Assembly (NCBI GenBank): GCA_043228905.1 | Contig: JBHGNT010000680.1 | Coordinates: 1 to 17,871 of the forward strand | Source of the DNA: Azolla caroliniana | Lineage: Eukaryota > Plantae > Polypodiophyta | Direction of reading: 5' to 3' | DNA: 17,871 nt | Shown: in pieces, positions 16,746 through 17,871 of the stretch | Layout of the letters: each line of letters begins with the position of its first letter | Position numbering within the stretch: position 1 is the first letter of the stretch | Notes under the pieces: model-generated | Seen by the model: only the letters and a program-made list of their open reading frames with translations | The model's database searches: none | What the model was told of the DNA's origin: nothing | Made by a program: the position numbers and the translations under genes

Positions 16746-17331
16746 GAGAGAGATTGAACCCTTGACTTTAGTTTTACGAGACAAGATACATCACCATTAG
16801 GATAACTCAGATCTTTGATTAAAAGTTTCTATTTTACTTATATCACTTGCCCCTTTCATACATCACTCTTACCATCTATCTCTTGGGTTCCATGTTAGTT
16901 CTCAACGCAACTGCCCAAGTCTCCAAATGGAGTGTCCTACATGGGTATCACCTGGGTCTTATGTTGGCTTTCTGCAACTGCCCAAGTCTCTAGAACATGT
17001 GTGCTCCTCACATAGACACAAAGATAATAGTTTTTGCTCTGTCTTATATATGGTGAGATCTTTATTTGTCCTATATATGTGGGATATCACATATTTTTCT
17101 CTTGTTCTTTGCAAACTTCATACCCACATAACTTGACACTTAGATGTCCGTTTCCTACGTAGTAAAGTACATTCAAAAGCTCTTCAAGACCTCCATCTTT
17201 TTGTACCAAGATATTAAACTTATTTAAAATAGTATCTTTACTATTATTGTTTTATATTTCGTGAGAAGAACCACACTTGATTTCGTATGTTCCTTACAAG
17301 TTTCACACTATCGCCAAAAATCTTCACGACA
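16592..17331. mobile_element. 740-bp nested non-coding insertion, TGTCG...CGACA, with 4-bp CCGT TSD (solo LTR or non-autonomous Ginger-like element)
   Basis: CCGT at 16588-16591 and 17332-17335; removing the insert and one TSD restores the pol frame LLYR-NGKVCV; inverted termini TGTCGAGGAAAT / TGTCGTGAAGAT; internal (GA)n tract. Confidence 0.9.
16713..16752. repeat. (GA)n microsatellite inside the nested insertion
   Basis: Direct reading; one T interruption; preceded by GATA/GATG repeats. Confidence 0.95.
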
Positions 17332-17335
17332 CCGT

Positions 17336-17871
17336 AATGGGAAGGTTTGTGTTCTAGATTTTCCTGAGGTCAAAAAGAGAATTCTTTTTTAATGCCATGA
17401 TGCACCCTCTATGGGGCACCCTAGAATACATCGTACACTCATTCTCATCTCCACTCAATTTTATTGGCCTAAGATGCACCCTAACATACATAGCTATGTG
17501 ACTAAATGTCACCAATGTCAGGTTAACAAAGCCGAGCGACTTAAAGCCGCAAAACTTTTACATCCCTTAAACATTCCCAATAATAAGTGGGAAAGTATAT
17601 CCATGGATTTTATTGCTAGCATTCCTCGCACCAAAAAGGTCATGATGCCATCTAGGTTGTGGTTGATAGACTAACTAAAATGGCCAGATTTATTGCTACG
17701 AAAACCACGGTAACAGCTCCTCAATTGGCTTACCAATTCGTTGATGCGTTATTTCGTTTTTATGGGTTACTGATAGATATCGTGAATGATCGAGATCCAA
17801 AGTTTACCAGTGACTTCTGGATGCAAGTCTTTAAGAAGTTAGAAACTACATTGAGCATGAGCTCCACGGAT
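17336..17871 (+). pseudogene. Retrotransposon integrase (disrupted, runs off window)
   Basis: HDAPSMGH...FYWPKM...CHQCQ (HHCC zinc finger), WESISMDF, VVVDRLTKMARFI after a frameshift, DIVNDRDPKFTSDFW (core domain). Confidence 0.92.

Larger units (their letters stand above)
12768..17871 (+). mobile_element. Decayed Ty3/Gypsy LTR retrotransposon (chromovirus-like), 3' end outside window
   Basis: 5' LTR, tRNA-Met PBS, then gag, protease, RT, RNase H and integrase in Gypsy order; multiple stops and frameshifts; left end approximate. Confidence 0.93.

Noticed and set aside
16927-17136. 69-aa ORF inside the nested insertion as a transposase or cargo gene
   Set aside because: Too short and has no DDE or other recognisable motif.

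Overview
Eukaryotic land-plant genomic DNA with spliceosomal GT-AG introns; a non-seed plant such as a fern is my guess, not shown by the sequence. (1) 1-6394: the last seven exons (1028 aa) of a full-size ABCB/MDR/P-glycoprotein transporter on +, whose 5' exons lie upstream of the window. (2) 7690-10146: a compact four-exon HY5/HYH-type bZIP gene (about 127 aa) on -, convergent with the ABCB gene, with a compound microsatellite in its leader. (3) About 11700 to the end: transposon territory, with a probable solo-LTR relic and then a decayed Ty3/Gypsy LTR retrotransposon (5' LTR, tRNA-Met PBS, gag-PR-RT-RH-INT with stops and frameshifts). The Gypsy pol is interrupted by a precisely bounded 740-bp TGT...ACA insertion with a 4-bp CCGT target-site duplication. 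The most notable unexplained structures are that insertion (solo LTR or Ginger-like DNA element), a ~280-nt nested foldback filling most of HY5 intron 2, a tandem array of tRNA-like units in an ABCB intron, and several features suggesting alternative HY5 isoforms. All alignments and folds were done by eye; no database searches were run.
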